Source: Schizochytrium sp. TIO01
Lineage: Eukaryota; Protista; Bigyra: Labyrinthulomycetes
Assembly (NCBI GenBank): GCA_004764695.1
Contig: SMSO01000019.1
Coordinates: forward strand, 10,223-74,222
Direction: 5' to 3'
DNA length: 64,000 nucleotides
Positions 37,140 to 50,329 of this stretch are shown here, one piece after another. The notes below the pieces were generated by a model. The model saw only the letters and a list, made by a program, of their open reading frames with translations. It was not told the origin of the DNA and ran no database searches. Within the stretch, counting starts at the first letter, position 1. Each line of letters opens with the position of its first letter. Position numbers and translations under genes: made by a program.

Positions 37140-39780
37140 CTCTGGCATTTATACTCCAGAGCTCTATTTCATTCTTTTTATATAAAAAGTAACAACGCAG
37201 CAAGTAGCTTTCCTTCGAGTGTCTCTGGCCTCTGCCATGAAGACAAAAGCTTCCTTGCAGGCTTTCTGCTACGAAGTGTTTTATCTGTCTTTGTTGAAAT
37301 ACAAGCTGATGCTGAGCAACAGTAAAGTAAGTAAACAGCAAGTCTGCTCTTTTTTCGACAAAACAGAAACATGTGCCACAGGCTAACTTTATCAACAAGT
37401 GATGAAACTCTGCTTTTGATTGACACTATTGAGAAGGAGAAACTGACACATTACTACGTCATGACTTCGTAAGGCTCAAAGGAAGACCTTCTTGACCAGA
37501 CCATGGTGAAGCGTCAGTCAACATAGTGATGCGTCTATGTCAGGGAACGAAGGGGACGAAGCAAGCCTGAAAATGAGTTTGCAAGGCAATCCGACAAGAT
37601 TAGCAAAAACCTGTAGGTCCTCTACTCTCTTGGTTGACCTTTCGAGCAATCGATTATTTATTCTGTGAATATTACAAATCTTGAGTGCATGATTAAGAAA
37701 TGCCTCATGTTTCTTTCCCAAGCACGAAATTATCTGACATGATTGAAAATTTCCAAAGCTGTCTTGTATAGGCTATTGGATATAAGTAGTTGCTTTAGTC
37801 TAGTTTGCATAGTTTTAAGTAAATACATTTAGAAAAAAAGAAGAATTTCTACACTGTTTTTTGTTGTGGTATTTCAGTTCTGTGCTAGAAGGAAAGGTGA
37901 CACTTGTTCACTTAAATGATTTCCTTTGCGTGTCCGAATCTCGCCGATATAGTTTGACTCTCTCCTACTAATCATTCTTCCTTTCACAGATGCAAGAAAC
38001 ACTCTACGTTCATGATTCATTCAAGCAGCTGTGTATCTCCTGGAAAACCACAACAAGCTAACTCCCCATGCTGGATACAAGAAAGAAAGTTACTGGGTGC
38101 TACTATTCCTAATGGTTAACCACCTATTTATAATATCTAGTGTTGCAAAGTTGAATGTGATGAGAAGTGCGTATAAAAACTTATGAAGGGACTACCCAAG
38201 CACGGTTGCGCGCATTCTGTTTGGCTGTGTACTCACATGTGTCTCAGCTGCTTTGAAACTCACTCGAACAACAACCTTAATATTTGTTTGAAGAACAACA
38301 CAATCTCAGTGGGCGCACAACACTACACCATCACAGCGATCTCATGGGAGATGCAAACCACTTAACACTTTCATTAACACTATCAGCATATGTAGCTTCA
38401 GTACACGTGTTCTCCTCTTAAAGGTGTATTGCAAGTATGCGTGAGGCGATCACCAAGAGATAGCGTAGGAAAAGAAAAGTTAGAATTAATATTCAGGAAC
38501 TGCTGGCAAGGCCCATTGTCAAAGTCTATGGGCTTTGGACTTGTGTTCGGCACCTTGAGATGATCCGTCCGACACATAGCTGTAAAACTTCGATAAGGCA
38601 TTAGTATGTAAAGCCAATAGTTTCTTTCAACGGATGAATCATAATGTAGTAATGTTCAAATTCATCATTGTAGAATATGTCTTGGAACACTGCTAAAGCT
38701 TATCGTGTGGGATTCTATTAAGTCAAGTAGCCAGATTAAAATATGCAGTTCGTGGGGCGCAGCAAAATTTAAAAGCTCTGTGCTGAGATTACCAATCAAA
38801 GAGTTTTGTGGAGAAGAGTCATTGTCACACTATTAAAAGTCCTCGTAGTCTAGGACTTATAAGAATATGACTATCAAATACGAAGGAGTGAGACCAAGGA
38901 AACTCATAAGTGAATATGAAATACACAACCAAAGAATTATGTTGAACAAACGAGCTAGCCTAACCCCTTGAGCTCTGAGTTTTAACAGTCTTAGTCTCCT
39001 ACTCAGGGTATGAACTGTTCCACCTGTTAAAGATTTTTACGCAGCAGCAGCGGATCATTTACTAGGACAGTAAATCCTTGAATGCACAAAACTCTTGAAG
39101 TTTTGGTGCTGAATGTTCATCTCCAAGGTTTTCAATCGCGAACTGTGTACGCCGAAGCATAAAAAGATGCCGCCATCTTCCTATGTAACCTCTGGCTGCT
39201 TAGAGCACATCTTTTAATAGCGATTGTGCATTTACTTTGTAGCTTCTGTGGTATCCACAATTCTGTCATTGTCTCGCAATCTCAGATTGATGGAGTAAAC
39301 TAATTCCCTTATCACTCTGTGTGTTCTTGCAATGCTCTCTTCTATAAAAACTTTGAAGAACAACTTAAAGAGCCGACCAGAAACGCAATGTTTTGCCTTT
39401 GGAGGTTCGTTGAGTCAACTTTGTTCTGAGAGCTTAAGATGTGGAAATTTAATGGTTTTCTTGAGAAGAGTCCATGCTTCGAATAGTAAATCTGGATACA
39501 TGGCATATCAAGATTAAAGAGTTTCGAGGATTAAATAACTGATGGTTTCCTTCTAGCTTTCAAAAGTTGTCTGGAGTGCAAAGGCTTGTGTTCAGAGTCT
39601 GATCTCTACGATTGACTTATTGTGAAATAGTAAATTGTTACTAAGAAAGAATCAATCTCCCTATTACTCAGGTCGTCATAGGTCCGGAGAAAGGGTTACG
39701 TCTGTAATACTACTTTTGCTCCTGCCTTTGATGGCGTTCTTATGCAAATTGGAAAAGCCCAGCACCTCGCAACCGAGAGG
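37140..39780 (-). pseudogene. Degenerate protein-coding remnant, copy 2
   Basis: Homologous to 520-3300. It shares at least one stop (…EATK*), and no long ORF remains. Confidence 0.3.
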
Positions 39781-40307
39781 AAATCGTCACCTTAAGGGTT
39801 TCAGTGCCGTTAGAAGAACTGCATTTTGGCTTTGATGAAAAAATAAATAAAAAGTTGCTTTCCGAAATGGGAACTATTGAGAACTGCCAAATAGAGATGA
39901 ATCAAAAAAGTATTTTTGAGTTTGTTTTGCGACGATTTGGCTTAAACCTAGAGCTTCTGATACCTTGCGGTGTTGCTGAATGAATTATCGAAGGAACGGA
40001 GGGAGTAAAACAAAGTAAGAATTAGCATCTAATAATAAAGTAAATATGCTCCTCAAACTGGAAAAATAAAGTTAAGAAAGCATATATATCATCAGTGAAA
40101 TGTTCACGAGTTATTACTTTGTTCTGATTTATGTTTAATTTATGTTAAGTTTTAGTACTTTCCCCCACGAAGAACCTTGCATGAATACACATTATAAATG
40201 TTGATCCTGTTGGCAGACGTCGGTGCTGTCTGGAGGAGAGCAGTTACTTTCTTGCCTTCTAGTCAACAGCGCTTACGAAAAAGATAATCATTAAAAATTC
40301 GATTAGT

Positions 40308-43300
40308 TTATTCCAATCTGAAGTTTGCGCCAACAATATCTGGTGTTAGCAAAGGCGACAATAACTCTTTCAGAACGAGTCGAAGATTTCTATCCTGAAT
40401 TTGTGCATTCCAGTACTCACGCAGACGTTCAGCGCGGAGCAACTGCCACGCCTCACGAACCTGCTCAAAAGAATCAGCAAAAAATGGATCTTCCCCAAGT
40501 CTTCTTGAACAGGTTCTCACATGATCATGACAAGCATCTTCATCATGAGAACTGTAGCCAAGACACCAAGCGCAGAAGTGATGACCACAAGTCTCATTAC
40601 CACACTCTACAGCACAGCAACCGTCAAAATCGTGTACATATGCCTTACAGTTCGGACAACTCGTGCTCAAGATCTTCTCTTGAATATGGAGTAAATGAAG
40701 CCGTGCGTCGCGATTCTGTTCATCAGCACGTAAAACTTGTGCTATGCGCCTTTGGATCTCCTTCTCCGCCCAAACTGCTGCTTCATTTTCTGCCTTCATC
40801 TTCGCAATCAACAATAGGTGATTCAAAGCAGTTGGTGCAAGACGGGTGATTTCTTGACCTGATATCCTTCCACCACATTCAGGTTTCATGCATGCCATCG
40901 TTCCATCAGCATCCACTCTTACGTTAGCAAGTGGCCGTGCCGCCGCTTCTACTGAAGATTCGATACAGTCTCTGCAAAGGAAGTCTCCCTCCTCGCAGCT
41001 CGTGCCCTCGGAAAGCAGATGCTCCTCCATACATACTAGACATATCTTGAGAGGGATCTTAGGAGCTCCAAAAGCTTCATGTTGGAGGGCTTGGTGAGCG
41101 GTTGGACGCTGGCCAGGGTCTGTTGCTGTAAGAGCATCGATAAGTTTCTGCATTGCAGCGGTTCGCTCAGTAGGATACAGCTCCTTTAAGCTGATGCCCA
41201 CAGAGTACATATCCATCGCTGTTTCAAACCTATCTACAGGCCCATTCTGCAGCTCGGGGCAAATGTACCGTGGCGTTGCCTGGAGTGATGTGTAAGTTGC
41301 AGTGTAGTCCGCAACCTTGATGCCGTCAAAGTCGCCGATCAATGGTGTCCCGTTGCTTGTGAGAAAAATGTTTTCTGGTTTGATGTCACAATGCACAATG
41401 CCGTGGGTATGCAAATCCGCCACACCGATAAGCAGGCCCATAGCAAGTCGGTCGCGCGCTGCTTTGCCTTCGTTAGGGTGACTCTCAATCCACTTGGCAA
41501 GGTCACCTTGCTCGTAGAAAGGCATGACAATACAACCACGCGGTTCTCCATTAGAGGTATCCACAAAAGCGCCAGTGATACGTATCACGTGCTGAGACAC
41601 TACGTTTCCCATATTTGCAGCTTGCCTGTAGAATATTTTGTGTTGGCTCGAATGGCCGAGTTGAAATTGTTTCAAAACCATAGTTTTACCAGCGTTGTCA
41701 AGAACCTTTTGTACTCTCTTGCCACCTCTGGAAGCAAGGGGCTCGCCGACAGGCTTGAAGTCCGCGACTGTGACATTCGTCAACCAAAGGTCAGAACATG
41801 CTACTTCAAAAACACCCTCTGCACTTACATGAAGCCTTTCCAGCCAGGCTCTATCTTGCAGCAACTCTGGATAATGTTCCTGCGCGTGTTGCAGAGTCTC
41901 AGCAAGCTTATGACGAAAAGCTTTGCTAAGGTTGATAGGGTTGCCTTGAGAGAGAATGAGCTCTTGTTTCGTGATTCGATTTCTAAAATATGCTCGCTCT
42001 TCCTCATCCAAGTCCTCAGCTACTAGTTCCGCTTCGGCACTTTTTAATCTTTCTGTTGCTGTCCTCGCCTTGTCAAGTTTCTGGTATAATGCCTCAACAT
42101 CTAAGAAATTTGGTTCTTTCAAACCCAATACTGCATAGTCATACAGACTAGAGAGCTCTTTTGGTGTGTAATTGCTCGCGTCATTCAACGCAGCACTTTC
42201 AGAGTATCCTTCAAATCGAGCAAAGGTTGAACTTATCGCGCAAAGTATTTCGCACAATTGGGTACGAAGTGTATCTCCTTGTAGAACATCAATCTCTTCC
42301 TTGAGAGCACTCTCAAGTTCAGACAACTCGGGTTCTAGCTCCATGGCCTGCTCAGGTGTCCTCAGGGCAACCGATAATCCATCACCAAGTCCTAGCTCAG
42401 ACAATCGAGAGATGACGCGCTTTACAGCTTGTTGGCTTCGTTCACCAATGTTGTTGGGATGACCTTCTCCACTCCTCTTGTACCCTTCCACGCATTGGAC
42501 AGCCTGAATAGCGAGTTCGTGGCAGTGTTTGAAGTCATCTGTGCTGGTCTCTTCATCGACTGGTGCAAGGTTGATCTTTAGATCGTTTACCAAACTTTTG
42601 ACTCTCACTTTGAATTCTCGCATTGCACTCTCATCACTTTCGCAAAGGTTGGCGCGAACCCATGGGTACACGACCTGCAAAAGTGAATGCAGGTGTCTCC
42701 GTTCGGTGTTCCGCTTTTGGATGAGGCTGGGCAAGCCATTTGTAGAGCTTGCACGAATCTGGTCTTGTAGAGCGTCAAGACTCTCTTTGGAGGTCTTGAT
42801 GTCAGCGAAAACCTGTCGCAACTTCACTTGGCCAAAGTAGCCCTGAATCGCCGGTCGAACGAATTCCTCAAGCAGGGCAATCCCAGTCTGCAGGGAGTTT
42901 CCTCTGACCCCACCTCGGTCCGCGCGCAAGTCCGAGACTTTCTTGGCAAGCTGCACCACATCAGCGAAACTCACGCTCGCTCCATCCGGCCGTTCTCTGA
43001 GGCGAACAAGAAGACGTAAGCAAACGAGCAAAATGGTGTTGAACCAGTAATAAAGGCAAAAGCAAAAGTTAGGATACCCTCTATCTCAACAACACAATTC
43101 GTGGAATGAATAATTACACGATCCCAAACAAAGACTGACCGCATGAACTTACCCAGATCCACCCAAAGTAGCAGGCCCGGCGCCCTCAACGCGATCTTGC
43201 TCGTTCTTGGGCTCTGCAGAAGGCTCGCTTTCTGCAGCCTCTATGGAAGCATGGGAATCGAGCTCTGACGAGAAATCTGCAATGTCCTCTCCAGGAGAAC

Positions 43301-46300
43301 ACACCCTGTCGAACAATTCTTTAGGACTTCCAGAAAAATTGTCATAGCTGCATTTGTAAACGAATGAATGAAAGAAAGATCATGAAAGAGCTTGTTAGAA
43401 AAACGATGAACGCATCTAATGACGGCCTCGGAAGTCCATATGGAGAGATGGAGAGAACCAGCGAAGGCAAGGCTCTGCGCAAGCTGGGGATAGCAGCAGA
43501 GGGAACGGAACTTACCAGATTTGAACAGAAGGACATGCTTTGTGCAGAGACTTTGCGACGGCCTTTGCGCCCTCATCGCCAATGTTGTTGTTATTAAGAC
43601 TGTGAGTAGTATAAATGAATAAGTTTGTTTTGTTCACTCGTTGTCAGGAAAGACAGCTCCAGTCAGTTGATCCTGTTTTGTTTTGTTTTTCCTCGCAATA
43701 AAAAGCAATCACCTCTTCTTCTTCTGCTGCTGCTGCCTATCAAATTATATAGATTTCCTTCTTCTCTTTGTAAAAAAGAAAAGACTTCTTTGCTTTTCTT
43801 TGCGTACCCAACTACGTAAACTACTTAGGTAGTGTACCAGCAGTACTACAAACACCAAGCATTAAGAAGAAAGAAAGAAAAAGCTTGGTCCTGCCTATTA
43901 CGATAGCTTTCCCTCGTGGATGATTCCACAAACGTACCCAAGTTGAGACAGGTTCTTGCATCCCTCCAGTGCCTTTGCGACGGCCTTTGCGCCCTCCGAG
44001 CCAATGTTGTTCTCAGAAAGACTGTGAGTAGTATAAATGAATAAGTTTGTTTTGTTCATTCGTTGTCAGGAAAGACAGCTCCAGTCAGTTGATCTTGTTC
44101 TGTTTTGTTTTTACTCACAATAAAAAGCAATCAGCTCTTCTTCATCTTCTTCTGCTGCTGCTGCTGCCTATCAAATTATATAGATTTCCTTCTTCTCTTT
44201 GTAAAATAGAAAAGACTTCTTTGCCTTTCTTTGCGTACCCAACTACGTAAACTACTTAGGTAGTGTACCAGCAGAACTACAAACACCAAGCACTCAAAAG
44301 AAAGAAAGAAGAAGCTTGGTCCTGACTATTACGATAGCTTTCCCTCGTGGATGATTCAACAAACGTACATCAGATAAGTCAGGTTCTTGCATCCCTCGAG
44401 TACCTTTGCGACGGCCTTTGCGCCCTCCGAGCCAATGTTGTTGTTGTTAAGACTGTGAGTAGTATAAATGAATAAGTTTGTTTTGTTCATTCGTTGTCAG
44501 GAAAGACAGCTCCAGTCAGTTGATCATGTTTTGTTTTGTTTTTCCTCATAATAAAAAGCAATCACCTCTTCTTCTTCTGCTGCTGCTGCCTATCAAATTA
44601 TATAGATTTCCTTCTTCTCTTTGTAAAAAAGAAAATACTTCTTTGCCTTTCTTTGCGTACCCAACTACGTAAACTACTTAGGTAGTGTACCAGCAGTACT
44701 ACAAACACCAAGCATTAAGAAGAAAGAAAGAAAAAGCTTGGTCCTGCCTATTACGATAGCTTTCCCTCGTGGATGATTCCACAAACGTACCCAAGTTGAG
44801 ACAGGTTCTTGCATCCCTCGAGTGCCTTTGCGACGGCCTTTGCGCCCTCATCGCCAATGTTGTTGTTATTAAGACTGTGAGTAGTATAAATGAATAAGTT
44901 TGTTTTGTTCATTCGTTGTCAGGAAAGACAGCTCCAGTCAGTTGATCCTGTTTTGTTTTGTTTTTCCTCACAATAAAAAGCAATCACCTCTTCTTCTTCT
45001 GCTGCTGCTGCCTATCAAATTATATAGATTTCCTTCTTCTCTTTGTAAAAAAGAAAAGACTTCACTGCCTTTCTTTGCGTACCCAACTACGTAAACTACT
45101 TAGGTAGTGTACCAGCAGTACTACAAACACCAAGCACTAAAAAGAAAGAAAGAAAAAGCTTGGTCCTGACTATTACGATAGCTTTCCCTCGTGGATGATT
45201 CCACAAACGTACTGTACTCGTTCAAGGTTCTTGCATCCCTCGAGTGCCTTTGCGACGGCCTTTGCGCCCTCATCGCCAATGTTGTTGTTGTTAAGACTGT
45301 GAGTAGTATAAATGAATAAGTTTGTTTTGTTCATTCGTTGTCAGGAAAGACAGCTCCAGTCAGTTGATCCTGTTTTGTTTTGTTTTTCCTCACAATAAAA
45401 AGCAATCAGCTCTTCTTCATCTTCTGCTGCTGCTGCTGCCTATCAAATTATATAGATTTCCTTCTTCATTTTGTAAAATAGAAAAGCCTTCTTTGCCTTT
45501 CTTTGCGTACCCAACTACGTAAAGTACTTAGGTAGTGTACCAGCAGAACTACAAACACCAAGCACTCAAAAGAAAGAAAGAAAAAGCTTGGTCCTGCCTA
45601 TTACGATAGCTTTCCCTCGTGGATAATTCCACAAACGTACATCAGATAAGTCAGGTTCTTGCATCCCTCGAGTGCCTTTGCGACGGCCTTTGCGCCCTCC
45701 GAGCCAATGTTGTTGTTATTAAGACTGTGAGTAGTATAAATGAATAAGTTTGTTTTGTTCATTCGTTGTCAGGAAAGACAGCTCCAGTCAGTTGATCCTG
45801 TTTTGTTTTGTTTTTCCTCACAATAAAAAGCAATCACCTCTTCTTCTTCTGCTGCTGCTGCCTATCAAATTATATAGATTTCCTTCTTCTCTTTGTAAAA
45901 AAGAAAAGACTTCTTTGCCTTTCTTTGCGTACCCAACTACGTAAACTACTTAGGTAGTGTACCAGCAGAACTACAAACACCAAGCACTAAAAAGAAAGAA
46001 AGAAGAAGCTTGGTCCTGACTATTACGATAGCTTTCCCTCGTGGATGATTCCACAAACGTACCCAAGTTGAGACAGGTTCTTGCATCCCTCGAGTGCCTT
46101 TGCGACGGCCTTTGCGCCCTCATCGCCAATATTGTTGTTATTAAGACTGTGAGTATAAATGAATAAGTTTGTTTTGTTCATTCGTTGTTGTCAGGAAAGA
46201 CAGGTCCAGTCAGTTGATCCTGTTTTGTTTTGTTTTTTCTCACAATAAAAAGCAATCAGCTCTTCTTCATCTTCTTCTGCTGCTGCTGCTGCCTATCAAA

Positions 46301-49300
46301 TTATATAGATTTCCTTCTTCTCTTTGTAAAATAGAAAAGACTTCTTTGCCTTTCTTTGCGTACCCAACTACGTAAATTACTTATGTAGTGTACCAGCAGT
46401 ACTACAAACACCAAGCACTCAAAAGAAAGAAAGAAAAAGCTTGGTCCTGCCTATTACGATAGCTTTCCCTCGTGGATGATTCCACAAACGTACTCTAAAG
46501 TTTGAAGGTTCTTGCATCCCTCGAGTGCCTTTGCGACGGCCTTTGCGCCCTCCGAGCCAATGTTGTTCTCAGAAAGACTGTGAGTAGTATAAATGAATAA
46601 GTTTGTTTTGTTCATTCGTTGTCAGGAAAGACAGCTCCAGTCAGTTGATCTTGTTCTGTTTTGTTTTTACTCACAATAAAAAGCAATCAGCTCTTCTTCA
46701 TCTTCTTCTGCTGCTGCTGCTGCCTATCAAATTATATAGATTGCTTTCTTCTCTTTGTAAAAAGGAAAAGACTTCTTTGCCTTTCTTTGCGTACCCAACT
46801 ACGTAAACTACTTAGGTAGTATACCAGCAGTACTACAAACACCAAGCACTCAAAAGAAAGAAAGAAAAAGCTTGGTCCTGACTATTACGATAGCTTTCCC
46901 TCGTGGATGATTCCACAAACGTACGTCAATTGTTGAAGGTTCTTGCATCCCTCGAGTGCCTTTGCGACGGCCTTTGCGCCCTCATCGCCAATGTTGTTGT
47001 TGTCAAGACTGTGAGTGGTATAAATGAATAAGTTTGTTTTGTTCATTCGTTGTCAGGAAAGACAGCTCCAGTCAGTTGATCCTGTTTTGCTTTGTTTTTC
47101 CTCACAATAAAAAGCAATCAGCTCTTCTTCATCTTCTGCTGCTGCTGCTGCCTATCAAATTATATAGATTTCCTTCTCTTTGTAAAAAAGAAAAGACTCC
47201 TTTGCCTTTCTTTGCGTACCCAACTACGTAAACTACTTATGTAGTGTACCAGCAGCACTACAAACACCAAGCACTCAAAAGAAAGAAAGAAAAAGCTTGG
47301 TCCTGACTATTACGATAGCTTTCCCTCGTGGATAACTCCACAAACGTACATCAGATAAGTCAGGTTCTTGCATCCCTCGAGTGTCTTTGCGACGGCCTTT
47401 GCGCCCTCATCGCCAATGTTGTTGCTACGAAGACTGTGAGTTTAAATGAATAAGTTTGTTTTGTTCATTCGTTGTCAGGAAAGACAGGTCCAGTCAGTTG
47501 ATCTTGTTCTGTTTTGTTTTTACTCACAATAAAAAGCAATCACCTCTTCTTCTTCTGCTGCTTGTGCCTATCAAATTATATAGATTTCCTTCTTCTCTTT
47601 GTAAAAAAGAAAAGACTTCTTTGGCTTTCTTTGCGTACCCAACTACATAAACTACTTAGGTAGTGTACCAGCAGCACTACAAAACACCAAGCACTCAAAA
47701 GAAAGAAAGAAAAAGCTTGGTCCTGCCTATTACGATAGCTTTCCCTCGTGGATAACTCCACAAACGTACATCAGATAAGTCAGGTTCTTGCATCCCTCGA
47801 GTGCCTTTGCGACGGCCTTTGCGCCCACATCGCCAATGTTGTTATACTGAAGACTGTAAGTAGTATAAATGAATAAGTTTGTTTTGTTCATTTGTCGTTA
47901 GGAAAGACAGGTCCAGTCAGTTGATCCTGTTTTGTTTTGTTTTTCCTCATAATAAGAAGCAATCAGCTCTTCGTCTTCTGCTGCTGCTGCTGCCTATCAA
48001 ATTAAATAGATTTCCTTCTTCTCTTTGTAAAAAAGAAAAGACTTCTTTGCCTTTCTTTGCGTACCCAACTACGTAAACTACTTAGGTAGTGTACCAGCAG
48101 AACTACAAACACCAAGCACTCAAAAGAAAGAAAGAAAAAGCTTGGTCCTGCCTATACGATAGCTTTCCCTCGTGGATGATTCCACAAACGTACATCAGAT
48201 AAGTCAGGTTCTTGCATCCCTCGAGTGCCTTTGCGACGGCCTTTGCGCCCTCCGAGCCAATGTTGTTGCGAGAAAGACTGTGAGTATGAATGAATAAGTT
48301 TGTTTTGTTCATTCGTTGTCAGGAAAGACAGGTCCAGTCAGTTGATCCTGTTTTGTTTTGTTTTTCCTCACAATAAAAAGCAATCAGCTCTTCTGCTTCT
48401 GCTGCTGCTGCTGCTGCCTATCAAATTATATAGATTTCCTTCTTCTCTTTGTAAAAAAGAAAAGACTTCTTTGCCTTTCTTTGCGTACCCAACTACGTAA
48501 ACTACTTAGGTAGTGTACCAGCAGTACTACAAACACCAAGCACTAGAAAGAAAGAAAGAAAGAAAAAGCTTGGTCCTGACTATTACGATAGCTTTCCCTC
48601 GTGGATAACTCCACAAACGTACATCACATAGGTCAGGTTCTTGCATCCCTCGAGTGCCTTTGCGACGGCCTTTGCGCCCTCATCGCCAATGTTGTTTTGA
48701 GAAAGACTGTGAGTATAAATGAATAAGTTTGTTTTGTTCATTCGTTGTCAGGAAAGACAGGTCCAGTCAGTTGATCCTGTTTTGTTTTGTTTTTCCTCAC
48801 AATAAAAAGCAATCAGCTCTTCTTCATCTTCTGCTGCTGCTGCTACCTATCAAATTATATAGATTTCCTTCTTCTCTTTGTAAAAAAGAAAAGACTTCTT
48901 TGCCTTTCTTTGCGTACCCAACTACATAAACTACTTAGGTAGTGTACCAGCAGTACTACAAACACCAAGCATTAAGAAGAAAGAAAGAAAAAGCTTGGTC
49001 CTGCCTATTACGATAGCTTTCCCTCGTGGATGATTCCACAAACGTACGACAAAGTTTGAAGGTTCTTGCATCCCTCGAGTGCCTTTGCGACGGCCTTTGC
49101 GCCCTCCGAGCCAATGTTGTTGCTGTTAAGACTGTGAGTAGTAATGAATAAGTTTGTTTTGTTCATTCGTTGTCAGGAAAGACAGGTCCAGTCAGTTGAT
49201 CCTGTTCTGTTATGTTTTCCCTCACAATAAAAAGCAATCAGCTCTTCTTCATCTTCTGCTGCTGCTGCTGCTGCCTTTCAAATTATATAGATTTCCTTCT

Positions 49301-49403
49301 TTTCTCTTTGTAAAAAAGAAAAGACTTCTTTGCCTTTCTTTGCGTACCCAACTACGTAAACTACTTAGGTAGTGTACCAGCAGTACTACAAACACCAAGC
49401 ACT

Positions 49404-49434
<31 letters not shown>

Positions 49435-49695
49435 AAAAGCTTGGTCCTGACTATTACGATAGCTTTCCCTCGTGGATGATTCCACAAACGTACCCAAGTT
49501 GAGACAGGTTCTTGCATCCCTCGAGTGCCTTTGCGACGGCCTTTGCGCCCTCATCGCCAATGTTGTTGTTGTTGTCAAGACTGAGTATAAATGAATAAGT
49601 TTGTTTTGTTCATTCGTTGTCAGGAAAGACAGGTCCAGTCAGTTGATCTTGTTCTGTTTTGTTTTTCCTCACAATAAAAAGCAATCAGCTCTTCT

Positions 49696-49731
<36 letters not shown>

Positions 49732-50290
49732 TATCAAATTATATAGATTTCCTTCTTCTCTTTGTAAAAAAGAAAAGACTTCTTTGCCTTTCTTTGCGTA
49801 CCCAACTACGTAAAGTACTTAGGTAGTGTACCAGCAGAACTACAAACACCAAGCACTAAAAAGAAAGAAAGAAAAAGCTTGGTCCTGCCTATTACGATAG
49901 CTTTCCCTCGTGGATGATTCCACAAACGTACGACAAAGTTTGAAGGTTCTTGCATCCCTCGAGTGCCTTTGCGACGGCCTTTGCGCCCTCCGAGCCAATG
50001 TTGTTGTTGTCAAGACTGTGAGTGGTATAAATGAATAAGTTTGTTTTGTTCATTCGTTGTCAGGAAAGACAGGTCCAGTCAGTTGATCTTGTTCTGTTTT
50101 GTTTTCCCTCACAATAAAAAGCAATCAGCTCTTCTTCATCTTCTTCTGCTGCTGCTGCTGCCTATCAAATTATATAGATTTCTTTCTTTTCTCTTTGTAA
50201 AAAAGAAAAGACTTCTTTGCCTTTCTTTGCGTACCCAACTACGTAAACTACTTAGGTAGTGTACCAGCAGTACTACAAACACCAAGCACT

Positions 50291-50329
<39 letters not shown>

